Source of the DNA: Chiloscyllium plagiosum
Taxonomy: Eukaryota
Assembly: GCF_004010195.1 (NCBI RefSeq)
Contig: NC_057746.1
Span: forward strand, 28,987,861 to 29,049,367
Length of the DNA: 61,507 bases
Reading direction: 5' to 3'
Part shown: in pieces, positions 37,506 through 51,104 of the stretch
How positions within the stretch are numbered: position 1 is the first letter of the stretch
How the letters are laid out: the number at the start of each line of letters is the position of its first letter
Translations under genes and position numbers: made by a program
The notes under the pieces: generated by a model
Databases searched by the model: none
What the model was told of the DNA's origin: nothing
Seen by the model: the letters and a program-made list of their open reading frames with translations, nothing else

Positions 37506-37979
37506 ACCGCTACTGTCACTCTGGCCATCCTCTTATTCCTCACATAAGCGTATAACGCCTTAGTTACAATCCTTAGTTACAGAATAGAGAAATGAAGAAA
37601 AACTTACATTACAGCTATGCATAGTATAATCGTAGGTCGGAAAAGCAAGAATCAAAGTTATAAAGACAAATATCACAGTCTATCTCCAAGGGCTGGCTGC
37701 AGCAGACTAGTGCAGGACGGCATCCACAGGGTCTCGCTGTTGGCTGCCATCCTCAAGGGACTGACTGGGCTGTTGGCTTCCCACTACTGACAACATTGGT
37801 CACTGGCTTCCATGTGCCAGGCTGCTTGTTGTCTTTATAATTAATTAGTTATTGCTTCCAGTAATTTTCAAACAAAAGTGTTCATCAAGAGAACTTGGGC
37901 ATGGAGAATTTTTTTTAATAAAGTCAAGAGCACCAACTGGGTACATTGATTCTTTTTCAATTTCTCTGTTTCCATTTAG

Positions 37980-38006
37980 AGGTTACGGATCCGAATGTTA
38001 TGATAG
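37980..38006 (+). CDS. BTN-like cytoplasmic mini-exon, 27 nt (EVTDPNVMI)
   Basis: Pyrimidine tract + catttag| ... tag|gtatgt, symmetric phase 1, open. Confidence 0.65.
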
Positions 38007-38906
38007 GTATGTTCTCCCATGTAAATGCACATTGAAACAATATTCATTTTTCAGTATTGGGTTTTTATTAATGTTAAACCAGAATTGTATTGAATGAAAT
38101 AGAATAAGAGGTTGGGAATGTCAGTTTTCTTAATATCCACTCGTAGTTAATTCTAAAATTGCCAAGAATGTAAATTTTGGACATTAATCCTTGGTACTCT
38201 GTATGTGTGCACATGTGTGCAAGTGAAGCATAGAAGCAGTATGGTGTAAAGTATATGATTTAACCTGAATCACATTCCCAGAACCAGCAGATAGGTACAC
38301 TGTCTTTAGCCAAACTCTTAAGTTTTGCCCTGCAATTGAGGATTGCAAAGAAGTTCTATTTCTCATCAGCCTGCACCTTGAGGTCTTGCTTCACACAATT
38401 ATGATGAAGGTTGGAGATATCTCTGCAGACATTCACTTTGATAAAACCCCTTGTGATTAATGGTAGTTAGTTTTTGAAAGCAAAATTGATAAGGTATTGA
38501 TTGAGCAGTCTGGTGTTCTACATATATATGCAGTTTAGTTACTAACTATGTAAAGAGGTCATAGAGTCATAGAGGTCTCTGGGTTCTTGTGGGGCTCAGT
38601 TTGCTGAGACCACAGAACACAGTAGTTGGAAGTCTTTCAATCACCCACTCTTCAAGAGAATAATTGTGTTCCATAGTCTACTCACATCAAGGATTTTTAG
38701 TAAACAGGACAGCTGAATCTGGAAGTTCTTTTCCTTCAGCAGGCTTTCTTCAACAATATCAAAAACATCTTCAAATCAAGCTAAGACCTGGTATTCACAG
38801 ACTAATGGTCTCCAGTAAATGAGCATTAACCACAATATAGGAACCTACAAGAAGTGCCTTGGTCAAAAAAACCCAAAGATTTTCACTAATTATTTTTTCC
38901 CCTTCA

Positions 38907-39254
38907 GGGTGGCATGGTGGCTCAGTGGATAGCACTGCTGCCTCACAGCGCCAGTGACCCGGTTGGGTTCCAACCCTCGGGTGACTGTCTGTGTGGAGTT
39001 TACACATTCTCCCCGTGTCTGCGTGGGTTTCCTCTCAGTGCTCCGGTTTTCTCCCACAGTCCAAAGATGTGCAGGTTAGGCCATGCTAAATTGCCTACAG
39101 TGTTCTGGGATGTGAAGGTACTAATCAGGGGAATGTATCTAATAGGATGAGGGGAATGGTTCTGGATGGGTTACTCTTTGAAGGGTCAGTGTGGACTTGT
39201 TGGGCCAAATGGCCTGTTTCCACACGATAGGGATTCTATGATCTATGATTCTAT
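38907..39254 (+). mobile_element. HE1-type SINE
   Basis: gggtggcatggtggctcagtgg head, attctatgatctatgattct tail. Confidence 0.85.
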
Positions 39255-39500
39255 TCGGATATTGACAGAACTTTGAACTTGATTTATTTGTCCACAGACC
39301 TTCAAAAGTCAAACCCTCAGAATAAGAATATAAAGAATGAAGATTGCATTACCTTTAACATATTGTTAATACCCCTCTAAATGATATGACTCACTCCGTG
39401 GTGCCTGGCTTACTATAAATTGCAATGTACTTTGACCCTTGCCCCTCTTGTATGTATTAAAAACATTATTTATCTTTTGTCTTCTGTTTTTTTTCCACAG

Positions 39501-39527
39501 CATTGAACTGATTTGCGAACTATACAG
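39501..39527 (+). pseudogene. BTN-like pre-B30.2 linker mini-exon with in-frame stop (ALN*FANYT)
   Basis: Very strong splice sites ttttttttccacag| and cag|gtaaga, 27 nt; TGA in the phase-1 frame. Confidence 0.6.
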
Positions 39528-40501
39528 GTAAGAAACTTGGTGTGTGTGTGTCTATGTGAGTGCACATGCGGGTGGTCCCCAAACATTTTTAAAAGTGAAT
39601 TTCAATACCATGATGGAATTTGAATTTCACTGGTTTATGTATCCAGTAACAGTACCTTTACAGATCATTCTTCAAACCCCCAGGTTGTTCTGAAGGGCCT
39701 TATGATTAAACCAGTAATGTTGCTGTCAATAAATGGTTTGACACATTTCTGTATAGCAAGATTCCATAAACAGCGAATGAGACAAAATAACTTTTGGAGG
39801 TTTTAGGTGAGGATGAGTGAATGGCAGGGGATGAAGTAGAAAAGGAATTTGGTCTTAATGCCTCATGTTGATTTGCAACATTTCCTTTATATTACATGGA
39901 GAAGATTAGGTTAGATTTTTGTGCTCAAATCTCTGGAATGGAACTTAAACTCCCAGCTCTCTGACTCATCGATGAATTGTACTCCCTAAGTCTGAAGTTT
40001 TTCAATGTGCAACCTCCTAGCCAAACCTCCTGCTAATCTTGAGCTCCTGCCCTGTCAAACTGATTGAAAGATTAATTAGATTTGGGCCTACATTCTCTGG
40101 AGTACAGAAGAATGCTAAGTGACCTCATTGAAACGTGTACAGTCATGGGAAGACTCAATAGTGTAAGTACTGAGAGGTTATGTCCTCTTTTCTGAAGAGA
40201 TCATATTCTGAATTGGTATTGGACATTTAGAATTAAGATCAGAAGAAAATTCCTTCTCAGAATTATTAATCTCTGGAATTTGTTACGCAAAAGAGCATTA
40301 GATGTTCAGTCATATGAGTACATTCAAGACTGAAATAACTAATTTGTTTATTTTGTACTTTGGAAATTAAGAGATTTTGGGATAGTGTGGAAATGCAAAG
40401 TTGAGGCAAGTTAGCCATGGTTGTATTGAGTGTTGGAGCAGAGCTCAGTATTGTATGTATATTCCAGCTCCTATTTGCCATCTCCTTGTGTTCTTTCCTA
40501 G

Positions 40502-40645
40502 CCCCTGTGAAAATGGACTCTGAAACAACGTGAATTTGACTGTATCTCTAAACAGGCAAGAGTATGAAAGGTGAACAGACATTGAGTGATGTGACAACCC
40601 AAAGTGGCCTTCTCCATCTGCTTGCTGAGGCAACATTAACAAGCA
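40502..40645 (+). pseudogene. Decayed PRY (B30.2) exon start of BTN-like gene
   Basis: ttctttcctag acceptor then APVKMDSET / NLTVS / GKSMK / DNPKW across frameshifts and stops, resembling PRY consensus VTLDPDTAHPxLxVSEDxKSV...DNPERF. Confidence 0.55.
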
Positions 40646-40899
40646 TATTCATTCATTCAGCTCCTCAAGATTGCTCTCATGATGATCGGATGTAACCTCA
40701 AATTCAAATTCTAGCTTGCTTCTGATGACATTTCACCAACCCCTCTACCCCCATCTTGCTTATGAATCTATCTCTCTGGTAAAATACTTTGTGGACTCTG
40801 CTTCTCCAACCTTTTTGGGAAAAGAGTTCCAAATACTCATGTCCTCAGAAACAGATGATCCCCAAGTTTAGAAATAGTGTCTCCTCTGGTTGTAGAGGG

Positions 40900-41250
40900 G
40901 AAGGTAAGAGCTGAGCAATGTTATTGGTGGATTAGTAATCCAGAGACAGCAGTAATGTTCTGGGGAGTTGGTTTGAATTCCACCATAGCAGATGGTGAAA
41001 TTGAATTCATTTTTAAAAAAATCTGGGTTAAGAATCTAATCACAAAAATGAAGCTTTGTTGATTTTCATTAAAAAATCTGTTTCACTAATGTTCTTTCGG
41101 GAAGGAAAACTGTTGTTCTTATCTGATCTGACCTCAAGGTGACCCCTGACTCACAGCAATGTGGTTGACTCTCCTCAGCCCTCTGGGAAATTCAGGATGG
41201 GTAATAAATGCTGGCCTAGCCCACATCCCATAAATGAATAATAATAAAGT
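40900..41250 (+). mobile_element. Older tRNA-derived SINE of a different family
   Basis: tagtaatccagag...ggtttgaattccacca B-box-like head, ataaatgctggcctagcccacatccca tail with (aat)n. Confidence 0.5.
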
Positions 41251-41429
41251 TCTTCCATCAACCTCTGGAAAAGCTAAATTTTTGGGGAGCTGTGGACTAA
41301 AAATAGGAAAAGAAATTTCTAAGTTTGTGTTTTTGATTTTGGGTTAGTTACATGCATTTTGTGTATGCCTGAATTTAACAACTAACATGTAAGTATTTCT
41401 ACAGCTTGGCAATTTCTTTGAAAACAATT

Positions 41430-43800
41430 TGTGACCACAACTTTGTCACAGTGCTAATGGGTATTTGTTTATCTTGGGATGTTTTATATTTTTGGAAAGT
41501 AAACCACTATATTTTAAGGATTGTTCAAAATACCTAGCCTTAGTTTTTATTTACATTTTAGGGGAAATAACCAAAGCTTAGTGAGAAAGATTTCTTTCTT
41601 CTGTACTACTTTGTTTTTGGGGCAAGTCTGTGAAGTGCTTGTAAATGAGTGGTTGTACAGAACAGTGCTTCTGAAAAGGGGAGAATATCATGAAACTAGA
41701 TTACCTTCGAGTAAGGAGTTAATGTAAGTCCCCAACATAAGGTGTTGGGATAAAACCCTGGAGAAGTTATTTGAAACTGAGTATGTTTAAAATAACAGTT
41801 ACCTCGCACTATCCATGTGAGGAAGAGATTTATTTCCCTCTGGGATGAGTACAGTGCGAAAGATATTTTGTTGGGATTTTGTAAAGGATGCTTGTGATGT
41901 TAGTGGAATTATACTTTTACTGTGTGTTTAAAAGTACTGTGACGAGTAAAGGCGGAATTTATTATATTTCCATTTATTTTGTTTTATAAAATTTTTCTGT
42001 ATTTTGAAAAATAAAATCTGCAATCTTGTGTGCTTATACTTCAGTGGGAAACCACCTCACAAAAACCAAACCAAGCCAACATCTATCGATGATTCCTGAT
42101 GAACGGCATATGCCCAAAACGTCAATTCTCCTGCTCCTCAGATGCTGCCTGACCTGCTGTGCTTTTCCAGCAAAACACTCTAGACTCTGACCTCCAGCAT
42201 CTTCAGTCCTCACTTTCTCCAACATCTATTGAGCAATGTTTAAGTCTGGGATCTAACTTGCACAGTAACAACATTAGCTGGAATCATAACAATGGCAGAA
42301 GGTTTAGAGGGGATTTGAGCAAATTTATTTTCACCCCGATGTTGCTGGTGATCTACAATGCACTGCCTGGGAAGGTAATTGAGGCGGGTAACCTCACTAC
42401 CTTTCAAAACGTACTTAGATGATCACTTGAAATGTCATAACATTCAAGACCATGGGCCTAGTGGTGGAATGTGGGAAAAGTATAGACTTACTAAATTGTT
42501 GGTGATACAGACTCAATGGGCCTCCTCTGTACTGTATGATTCTATGAAAACTAAAGAAGCTATGTAAGCACAGGAGCTTAAAATATTGTGCAGGAACATT
42601 TAAAAGCTTGACAAGTAAAATTTTAAAAATGAGCAGACGAACATCAGAGTATGGCAAGCAAGAGATGAAGTTCTGCCTTTACAAAGTGAATCTCTGAAAG
42701 CAAAATCCAGTAGTTGCTACTAATTAGACGAATGAGTAAATTACTTGTCTGTCAGGCATTCCTGATCACAGAAAGATCAGTTGCCATGTCAATACATTGA
42801 AGAAATATCACAGGGAAGAAGGTGATGTGGACCTTTTTTACCACTAGCATCCTGAATTTTGTGATAGGTAAAGGATAGACAGCCAAGTTAGAATCTAATA
42901 CAACTTCATCTTTATTATCTCTAGTTTTTAGAAAGGAAACAAGCAACATATTAGCTAACTGTTTGACTAGAATCTAGACACTACCCATATGTGGTTAACT
43001 GGCCAGGTTTATCCTGATGAGTTGTAATCTGAATTCTGAATTCAGGATCTCCTCTTTGTGATGGTTGGTCTCATTGTTGTTCCAGTACTCGCTGTTGATG
43101 TCTTCAATATGGCTTCTTCTGTGTTTTCTCCCAATCTTGCAGACTGTTCAATATCATGCCCCCTTACAGGTTCCCTCAGTGCTGAACTCATTCATCCAAG
43201 AATCTAGAGATGTCAGTGTCATGGTTCCTATCACCAGTCATATTTTATCCTTTTTTCATCCACAGAAGTCAAATGACCTTTTGCACAGCCATTCGCTTCA
43301 GTCAGTAGTCTGATTTTAATACTTCCGGTCATAGTAAGCTGATTTGGCATTTCTGTAAAGTTAGTATAAACTTCCCCAGCATGCTTGTCCAGCTTCAGAT
43401 GTTAGGTATAGGGCAACAATTAGTGACATGATCACAATAAGGAACAGCACATATGTCAGGTGGGAAAAGATAGAGAATGCCAGATTCAATAAAGGTGAGG
43501 CAGAGAAAGGGTACACAATTCTTAAAGTGAACTCCACAATTTGACTAGCCAATATGGAAATACTGGAAAGGTTAACGCTGCGTTCTTGTATTTAAAGGAA
43601 GGACAACAGGAAGAGCTAATGAAGTTACTTGATCCATTTTATTTCCAATGTATAGTTCTACACCTGGATGCACTGTGTGAGCTAGACATGATCTGTGAAT
43701 TGAAGAACCAGAGCAGGTAAACAATATCCTTCCCAGTTGAGCCCAGAAAAACACAATCTTAGGTGAATGAACACTTGCTGGGAAAAGAAATGTCACTTTT
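41430..43800 (+). mobile_element. Highly decayed LTR retrotransposon relic with nested PLE tail (~42090-42220) and CR1 piece
   Basis: LTR-like end cataaca at ~42291; PDHRKISCHVNTLKKY at ~42760-42810 resembles Gypsy integrase C-terminal HVNxLKxY. Confidence 0.35.
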
Positions 43801-43841
43801 GAGTCAAGCCAAAGGCAGCAGACTTTTGCTAGTAGTGCTAG

Positions 43842-44880
43842 GACATAAGAAATAGGAGCCGGACTAAGCCATTCTGCTGCTCAAGCTTGCCTCATCATCC
43901 AACATGATTATGGCTGATCTCTCCCAGGCCTCGACCACTCGATAATACCAGTTCCTCGCACCCCTCAATTCCATGATAATTTCAAAAATCTACCAACTTC
44001 TTTTTTCGATAATTTCAGTGATCTAGCCTCCACGACTCTCTGGTGCAGAGAATTCCAGACATTCAGAACTCAGAGAAGGAATTCCTTCAAATCTCAGTTT
44101 TAATTGAAGGTCTCCTTATTTGATAACTCTTCCTTAGATGAGATTCCTCCACTAACAACTCAACATTTAACCTATAAAGCTCCCGCAATCTTCTCTTTTT
44201 CAAAAGGTTCACCCATCGTTCTTAAACTTTAATGAATAACCTGTATAGCCATTCTTGTTAAGTCAACCCCTTCATCACAGGAAACAGCCTAGTGAATCAC
44301 TTTTTAAAAACCTCTAATACCAGTACAGTGTATCCTTAAGTAAATACAGGAGCAAAAACTATACGTGGCACTCCAGGTGCACCCTCACCAACATCTGTAT
44401 AGTTGTAACAAACCCCTAGCAATAAAAACAATCACTGGTCTTCTTAACTATATTTAACTGTGTCAGTTGAATGCTCATTTTAATGTGTTTTATACATAAG
44501 AACCACCTATATATATATCGCTGTGCTACACTTTTGTTGGAATTGCTTTCCTATTGGAAAGCAGTCTGCCTTTTGATTCTTCCGACCAAAGTGAAAAAGT
44601 GGACCCATGACATTCTCTTCCAAGTTATTAATAAAGATACTAAATAATTAAGGCTTAAGGAATGTGGCATTTATCTAGTCTAATCTTTCTAATCTGAAAA
44701 AGATCAAGTAAACCCAACTATCTGTCTTATGTGTTAACCACTCCTCAATCCAAGCGAAAACATTAACCCCAATATGATTTGTTCCTATCTTGTGCAATAA
44801 CCTTTTATGTAGTACCTTATCAAAGTTTTCTGGAAATTCAAATGCATTAAATCTACTTGTCCTCTTATTCAACTCTTAAG
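43842..44880 (-). mobile_element. Old CR1-type LINE fragment
   Basis: FDKVLHKRLLHKI...WIEEWL; cataagaaatagga tail. Confidence 0.7.
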
Positions 44881-45177
44881 TTAATCAACTTCAAGTTCCT
44901 AAGCTGGATAGATCAACTTGATTCTAAACAGATTACAGAAAAGTAAACGCATTAATGAAAAACAGACTCAAATCTAATTCCTTGGTTCAAAAATTGTATT
45001 GAAAGGTTTGTCAGTGCCTCATTTCCTTCTTAAGACTGAAACATAGAACAGCTTCTGGCAAGTGTATTAACATCAAGATACAAAGAGATAACTGTCTTTG
45101 ATATAATTGATTTGCTGTGGCAATGTTGAATCATGTCATTTGGATTTAAAAGCACCCAATCAATATTCCAGTAACTT

Positions 45178-46640
45178 GTAGAACGTAGAACGTTACAGCA
45201 CAGTATAGGCCCTTCGGCCCTCATTGTTGTGCCAACCTGTGAAAATAATCTGATGCCCATCTAACAACCCCATTCCATCATTATCCATATGTATGTTCAA
45301 TGCCCATTTAAATGTCCTTAACGTTGGTAAATCTACTACTATTGCAGGCATGCCGTTCCATGCCCCTACTATTCTGAGTGAAGAAACTACCCCTAATATC
45401 TGTCTTAAATCTATCACCCCTCAATTTAAAGCTATTTCCCCTCGTGTTAGCCTTCACCACCCAAGGAAAAAGGCTCTCACTTTCCATCCTTTCTAACCCT
45501 CTGATTATCATTTACGTCTCGATTAAAGTCTTAACTTTCTTCTCCATCGAAAACATCCTCAGTTCCCTCAGCCTTTCCTTGTATGACCTTACTTCCATAC
45601 CAGGCAACATCCTAGTAAATCTCCACTGAACCCTTTCCAAAGCTTCCACGTCCTTTCTATAATGCGGTGATCAGAACTGTACGCAATACTCCAGATGCAG
45701 CCTTACCAGTGTCTTGTACAACTGAAGCATGACCGCGTGGCTCTGAAACTCAATCCCCCTATCAATAAATGCCAACACACCATATGCCTTCTCAACAACC
45801 CTATCAACCTGGGTGGCAATTTATAGGACACTGAGATCTCTCTATTCATCTGCACTACCAAGAATTTTACCACCAACCCAGTACTCTGTATTCCTGTTAT
45901 TTCTTCAGAAGTGAACTACCTCACACTTTTCCTCATTAAACTCCTTTTGCCACTTCTCAGCCTAGCTCTGCATCTTATCTATGTCCCTATGTAACCCACA
46001 ACATCCTTCGGCATTATTCACAACTCTGCCTACCATAGTGTCATCCGCAAATTTGCTAAACCATCATTTTACACGTACATCCAAATCATTTATAAAAATG
46101 ACAAACAGCAGAGGCCCCAAAACAGATCCTTGTGGCACACCACTGGTAAGTGAGCTCCAGGATGAACATTTCCCATCAACCACCACGCTCTGTCTTCTTT
46201 CAGTTAGCCAGTTTCTGATCCAAACTGCTAAATCACCTTCAATCCTGAAACTCCATATTTTGTGCAATAGCCTACCGTTGGAACCTTATCAAACGCATTA
46301 CTGAAGTCCATGTACACTACATCAATCATTTTACCTTTATCCATCTGTTTTCTCACCTTCTCAAAGAACTCAGTAAGGTTAGTGAGGCAGACCTACCCTT
46401 CACAAAACCATGTAGACTATCCCTAATCAAATTATTCCTTTCCAGATGATTATAAACTTATTTCTTATAACCTTACCCACAACCGAAGTAATGCTCACTG
46501 GCCTATAATTACCAGGGTTGTCCTGACTTCCCTTCTTAAACAAAGGAACAACATTTGCTATCCTCCAGTCTTCTGGCACTACACCTGTCGACAATGATGA
46601 CATAAAGATCAAAGCCAAAGGCGTCTGCAAACTCCTCCCA
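45178..46640 (-). mobile_element. CR1-type LINE fragment
   Basis: VPEDWRIANVVPLFKKG..DNPGNYRPVS; [22 protein letters not shown]; (gtagaac)n tail. Confidence 0.92.
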
Positions 46641-47984
46641 GAACTATTTCACAGACCTTGCTTGGGCAAGTATGAATCGCATTTGTGAAGGTGTGATGTA
46701 ATATGTAGACCAGAAAAGTCAAGGGCAGCAGATTTCCTCTTGGGTTGAATGAGACGGGGTCTGAGACCATCTTTTCATTTGAGACTGAGATTGAATTTTT
46801 GATTCAAATTTTTTGTTTAAATATGCTTAATTAACTGAATTTAAATCACTGCACCCAGGCTGAGATCCATCCTCAGGTTTTCAGTGGATTAGTGGGGGAA
46901 CAAGGTTATTATCCAGAATATTCCCATTTTCTAAATATCCAAGCATGACATTTCCAGTCCAAAGAAAACATCCTCCTTGCATTGCTCATATGAAGTTGTA
47001 TCAATGAGATCACCCTTCATTCTCTTATACTCTGAGGAATAAAGGTCTCGACCACTCAATCACAGTTCAGAGAACAATCCCCACCAAAGATCCATCTGGT
47101 GAATCTTTGTTACACTCGTTATGAGGAAGGTCTATCCTCCTCAGGTAGGGACAACAAAGGTTCTTGGGATGCCAGCTGTGGTTTCGATGAGTGTCTGTAA
47201 AATTGCTGTCAAAGTTATATACTTTTGCTAAGGAAATGCAGGAGTTAACAGTGATCTCCATAAACAGGATATGATATCTGAATACACTTCAGCTGGAGTT
47301 CTGAGGAAGAGTCACTCAACTTGACACCTTAAAACTGCTCTGGATTAGTGGTGCTGGAAGAGCACAGCAGTTCAGGCAGCAGCCGAGGAGCAGTAAAATC
47401 GCGTTTCGGGCAAAAGCCATTCATCAGGAATACAGGCAGAGAGCCTGAAGGGTGGAGAGTTAAGTGAGAGGAGGGTGGGGGTGGATTGATGCCCTGGGGT
47501 TGAAGTGTTCCGAGGCGGAAGATGAGGCGTTCTTCCTCCAGGCGTCTGGTGGTGAGGGAGCGGCGGTGAAGGAGGCTCAGGACCTCCATGTCCTCGGCAG
47601 AGTGGGAGGGAGAGTTGAAATGTTGGGCCACAGGGCGGTGTGGTTGATTGGTGCGGGTGGGGAGGGATGTTCCCTAAAGCGCTCTGCTAGGAGGCGTCCA
47701 GTCTCCCCAACGTAGAGGAGACCACATCGGGAGCAATGGATACAATAAATGATATTGGTGGATGTGCAGGTAAAACTTTGATGGATGTGGAAGGCTCCTT
47801 TAGGGCCATGGATGGAGGTGAGGGTGCAAGTTTTGCAGTTCCTGTGGTGGCAGGGGAAGGTGCCAGGATGGGAGGGTGGGTTGAAGGGGGCGTGGACCTG
47901 ACCAGGTAGTCACAGAGAGAACGGTCTTTGCAGAAGGTGGAAAGGGAAATATGGTGGGGTCTGGGGTCTGAGGTGGCAGAAATG

Positions 47985-48299
47985 ATTAGATTAGATTACA
48001 TTACAGTGTGGAAACAGGCTCTTCAGTCCAACAAGTCCACACCGACCCGCCGAAGCGCAACCCACCCATACCCCTACATTTACCCCTTACCTAACACTAC
48101 AGGCAATTTAGCATGGCCAATTCATCTGGCCTGCACATCTTTTGGATTGTGGGAGGAAACCGGAGCACCCGGAGGAAACCCACACAGATACGGGGAGAAC
48201 GTGCAAACTCCACACAGTCAGTCGCCTGAGGCGGGAATTGAACCCGGGTCTCCGGCGCTGTGAGGCAGCAGTGCTAACCACTGTGCCACCGTGCTGCCC
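47985..48299 (-). mobile_element. HE1-type SINE nested in PLE
   Basis: Near-consensus, (attag)n tail at 47985. Confidence 0.9.
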
Positions 48300-48824
48300 A
48301 CTAATGTCGGCGGATGATTTGGTTTATGTGAAGCTTGGTAGGGTGGAAGGTGAGCACCAGGGGCGTTCTGTCCTTGTTACGGTTGGAGGGGTGGGGTCTG
48401 AGGGCGGAGGTGCAGGATGTAGATGAGATGCATTGGAGGGCATCTTTAACCATATGGGAAGGGAAATAGTGGTCTCTAAAGAAGGAGGCCATCTGGTGTG
48501 TTCCATGGTGGAACTGATTCTCCTGGGAGCAGATATGCCGGAGGCGGAGGAATTGGGAATATGGGATGTCATTTTTGCAGGAGGTATGGTGGGAAGAGGT
48601 GTAATCCAGATAGCTGTGGGAGTTGGTGGGTTTGTAAAAAATGCCGGTATCAAGTCAGTCGTCATTAATGGAGATGGAGAGGTCCAGGAAGGGGATGGAG
48701 GTGTCACATCTCCGGGACACCCGCACCAATCAACCACACCACCCTGTGGCCCAACATTTCAACTCCCCCTCCCACTCTGCCGAGGACACCAGACGCCAGG
48801 AGGAAGAACGCCTCAGGAATGCCT

Positions 48825-48867
48825 GTATTCCTGATGAAGGGCTTTTGCCCGAAACGTTGATTTTACT
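48825..48867 (+). ncRNA. Minimal hammerhead ribozyme motif (family A)
   Basis: CUGAUGA a GGGC uuuu GCCC GAAA cgU U; palindromic ACGU stem III; stem I weak/bulged. Confidence 0.5.
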
Positions 48868-49489
48868 GCTCCTCGGATGCTGCCTGAACTGCTATGCTCT
48901 TCCAGCACCACTAATCCAGGATCTGGTTTCCAGCATCTGCAGTCATTGTTTTTTACCTGTCTTAACACTGCTCCCCGCAGATGCTGCCAGACCCGCTGAG
49001 CTTTTCCATCAATTTCTGCTTTGCTTTCACACTTTCACTGGATATTGGTGAACAAGTTTCAAAATTGTGTTCTCGATGATCCTCTGGCAGGTGGTTTCTT
49101 AGAGAGAGTTCAGCATCAGGTAATTTGCTCCTCAGAGTGAATCCCATTGCAATTTTTAGCAGAATAATGAAAACAAAACTGGAGTGCAGTAGATCGTAAG
49201 TGATGTGTCCAAGTCAGTGTTTCGTTTCTAACTTAGCACTGCTGCCTCACAGCACCAGGTACCTAGGTTCGATTCCAACCTCAGGAGACTATCTGTGTGG
49301 AGTTTGCAAATTCTTCCTGCGTCTGCGTGGGTTTCCTTTGGATGATTCAATTTCCTCCCACAGTCTAAAGATGTACAGATTAAATGGATTGGCCATGGGA
49401 AATGGACGTTACAAAGAGAGGTCAGTGGGTAGATATAGGTGGGGTGTTTTTCAGAGAATCGATGTGGATTTGAATTAAATTAAATTTGT

Positions 49490-50690
49490 TAAACTCAAAA
49501 TAGGAAAAGACGAGATCTGTGGGGCAGGAGCAGGCAGAAACAAAAGTATGCTCGGGCAATCTTGTTTGTGGATTTTGGGAAGGAAGCGAAAGCGGGTTGT
49601 GCGGGACTGGGAGTTTATCAACTTGGAGCCAGTGGAGGGAGGAGGGATGATGTGATTACCAGATGCAATGAGGTTGGTGACCAGACTTGACACCATGGCC
49701 TGATGTTCCATGCTGAGATTATGATCGAGAGGGAGATAGCAGGAGGTATTGGAGAGCTAGTGCTCAGCTTCTGTAATGTAGAGGTTAGTCCACCAGAAAA
49801 CAACAGCACCACCCTGATCAGTAGGTTTGATTACAAAATCAGAGTTGGATCTGAGAGCATAGAGTACAATCAGTGCAGTGGGAGATAGGTTGGAATGGGT
49901 AAGGGAGGGGGCAGAAAAATTGAGGCGACCAATGCCCTGTTGACAGGTGTCAATGAACAGGTTGGTGCAGGTATTAGGCCAGAGAGAGGGGTCCAAGTGT
50001 GGGAAGAGGGTTGGAGCTGGGTGAAGGGTTCTGCAGGACTGGGAGAGGATTCTTGTCCAAAGAAATGGGCATGGAGGTGAAGACAACAGAAGAAGAGTTC
50101 AACGTCATGTCGTGCCTGAAATTCATTAAGATGGGGGACTCAGAGGGATACAACTGGGAACTTTGCTGAGAACAGAATATTTGGCATCGGAGAGTGGAAG
50201 GTCCGGAGGGATGGCGAATACATGACAGGAGGTGGGATTCGGGAAGGGGATGGAGTCAGAAGGAAGGGGAGGGGAGGAGGGTTCCAGAGAACAGTGGGTA
50301 ACTCTGAGTTATTGCATCTTGTGTGCCTTGATGCCCAAAGGGAAAATTTTATAAATATTGTTGGAATGTCAAATGATCTGGAGGATGAAGTGGGGCTGTG
50401 GAGTGGTGCAGTCCTGAGCCAGCGTGATGTGATGCTGTTGGAGAGAGAGAGGTAGAGAGTGTGCATGTGATGCCGCATGGCACTGAGTGTGGATCTCAGG
50501 ATGCGAAGTGAGCAGCTGTCTGTGGGATGTTGAATATCACTGGTTTACTGTGACCCTGGGTGGATTCAAAGCACGAGGGATGAAAGTTGAGTTGGAATCC
50601 ACATGAGTCTGAGCTGGAGGCAGTTGCTGAGGACTGGGAGATGGCTGTGGAAATTAGTTTGAGCTAATGCCTGGTCAAACACGAGGAGTG
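49490..50690 (-). mobile_element. Penelope-like element, 5' ORF and RT N-terminal part, decayed
   Basis: ALRSNSDFVIKPTDQGGAVVFW (IKPADKGG motif), RFRFLPKIHKQDCP (LPKIHK motif). Confidence 0.8.
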
Positions 50691-51104
50691 ACAGTGATGT
50701 TAATGTTGGCCTTTAAAACGGTTCACTTTACCAATCTAGTTCCCTTGGTGTGAACCAGATTGGGATTCATGCAGATACGATCACATCCACATTTTCAAAA
50801 TGGTCTTCATTTAATCTCATTATTTGAGTATGTGTTTGATGACCATCGCTGAGAGACATTAACTAGCAACAGTAAAATTAATAACTACCTCTGGGAAATA
50901 TTATAATTCTGCATTAATATGTAAAGTGTGATAAATGCTGGAACGTTCATCTTCCTCTGAATTACCCGACAGAAACAAAATATTATTGACGTCAGGGCAT
51001 TGTTTCCCAAGGATTTGAGAGCAAGTCATCGAGGGGAATGAATGGATGCCGAACTCGGGGATTGAGCTGGTTCACTTTCTGTCTCAGTATCAAAATATTG
51101 ACAA

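Larger units (their letters stand above)
47341..48960. mobile_element. Penelope-like element (family A) with inverted tails, inserted in a family C tail
   Basis: 13 bp TSD cttaa(a/c)actgctc (47328-47340, 48961-48973); 47341-47438 inverted at 48820-48919; GIY-YIG VAQHFNSPSH...EERLIFRLGTLQPQGIN on minus. Confidence 0.88.

Noticed and set aside
32102-39511. In-frame TGA codons as selenocysteine or programmed read-through
   Set aside because: No SECIS recognised and the downstream PRY exon is frameshifted; CpG decay or ordinary nonsense change is simpler
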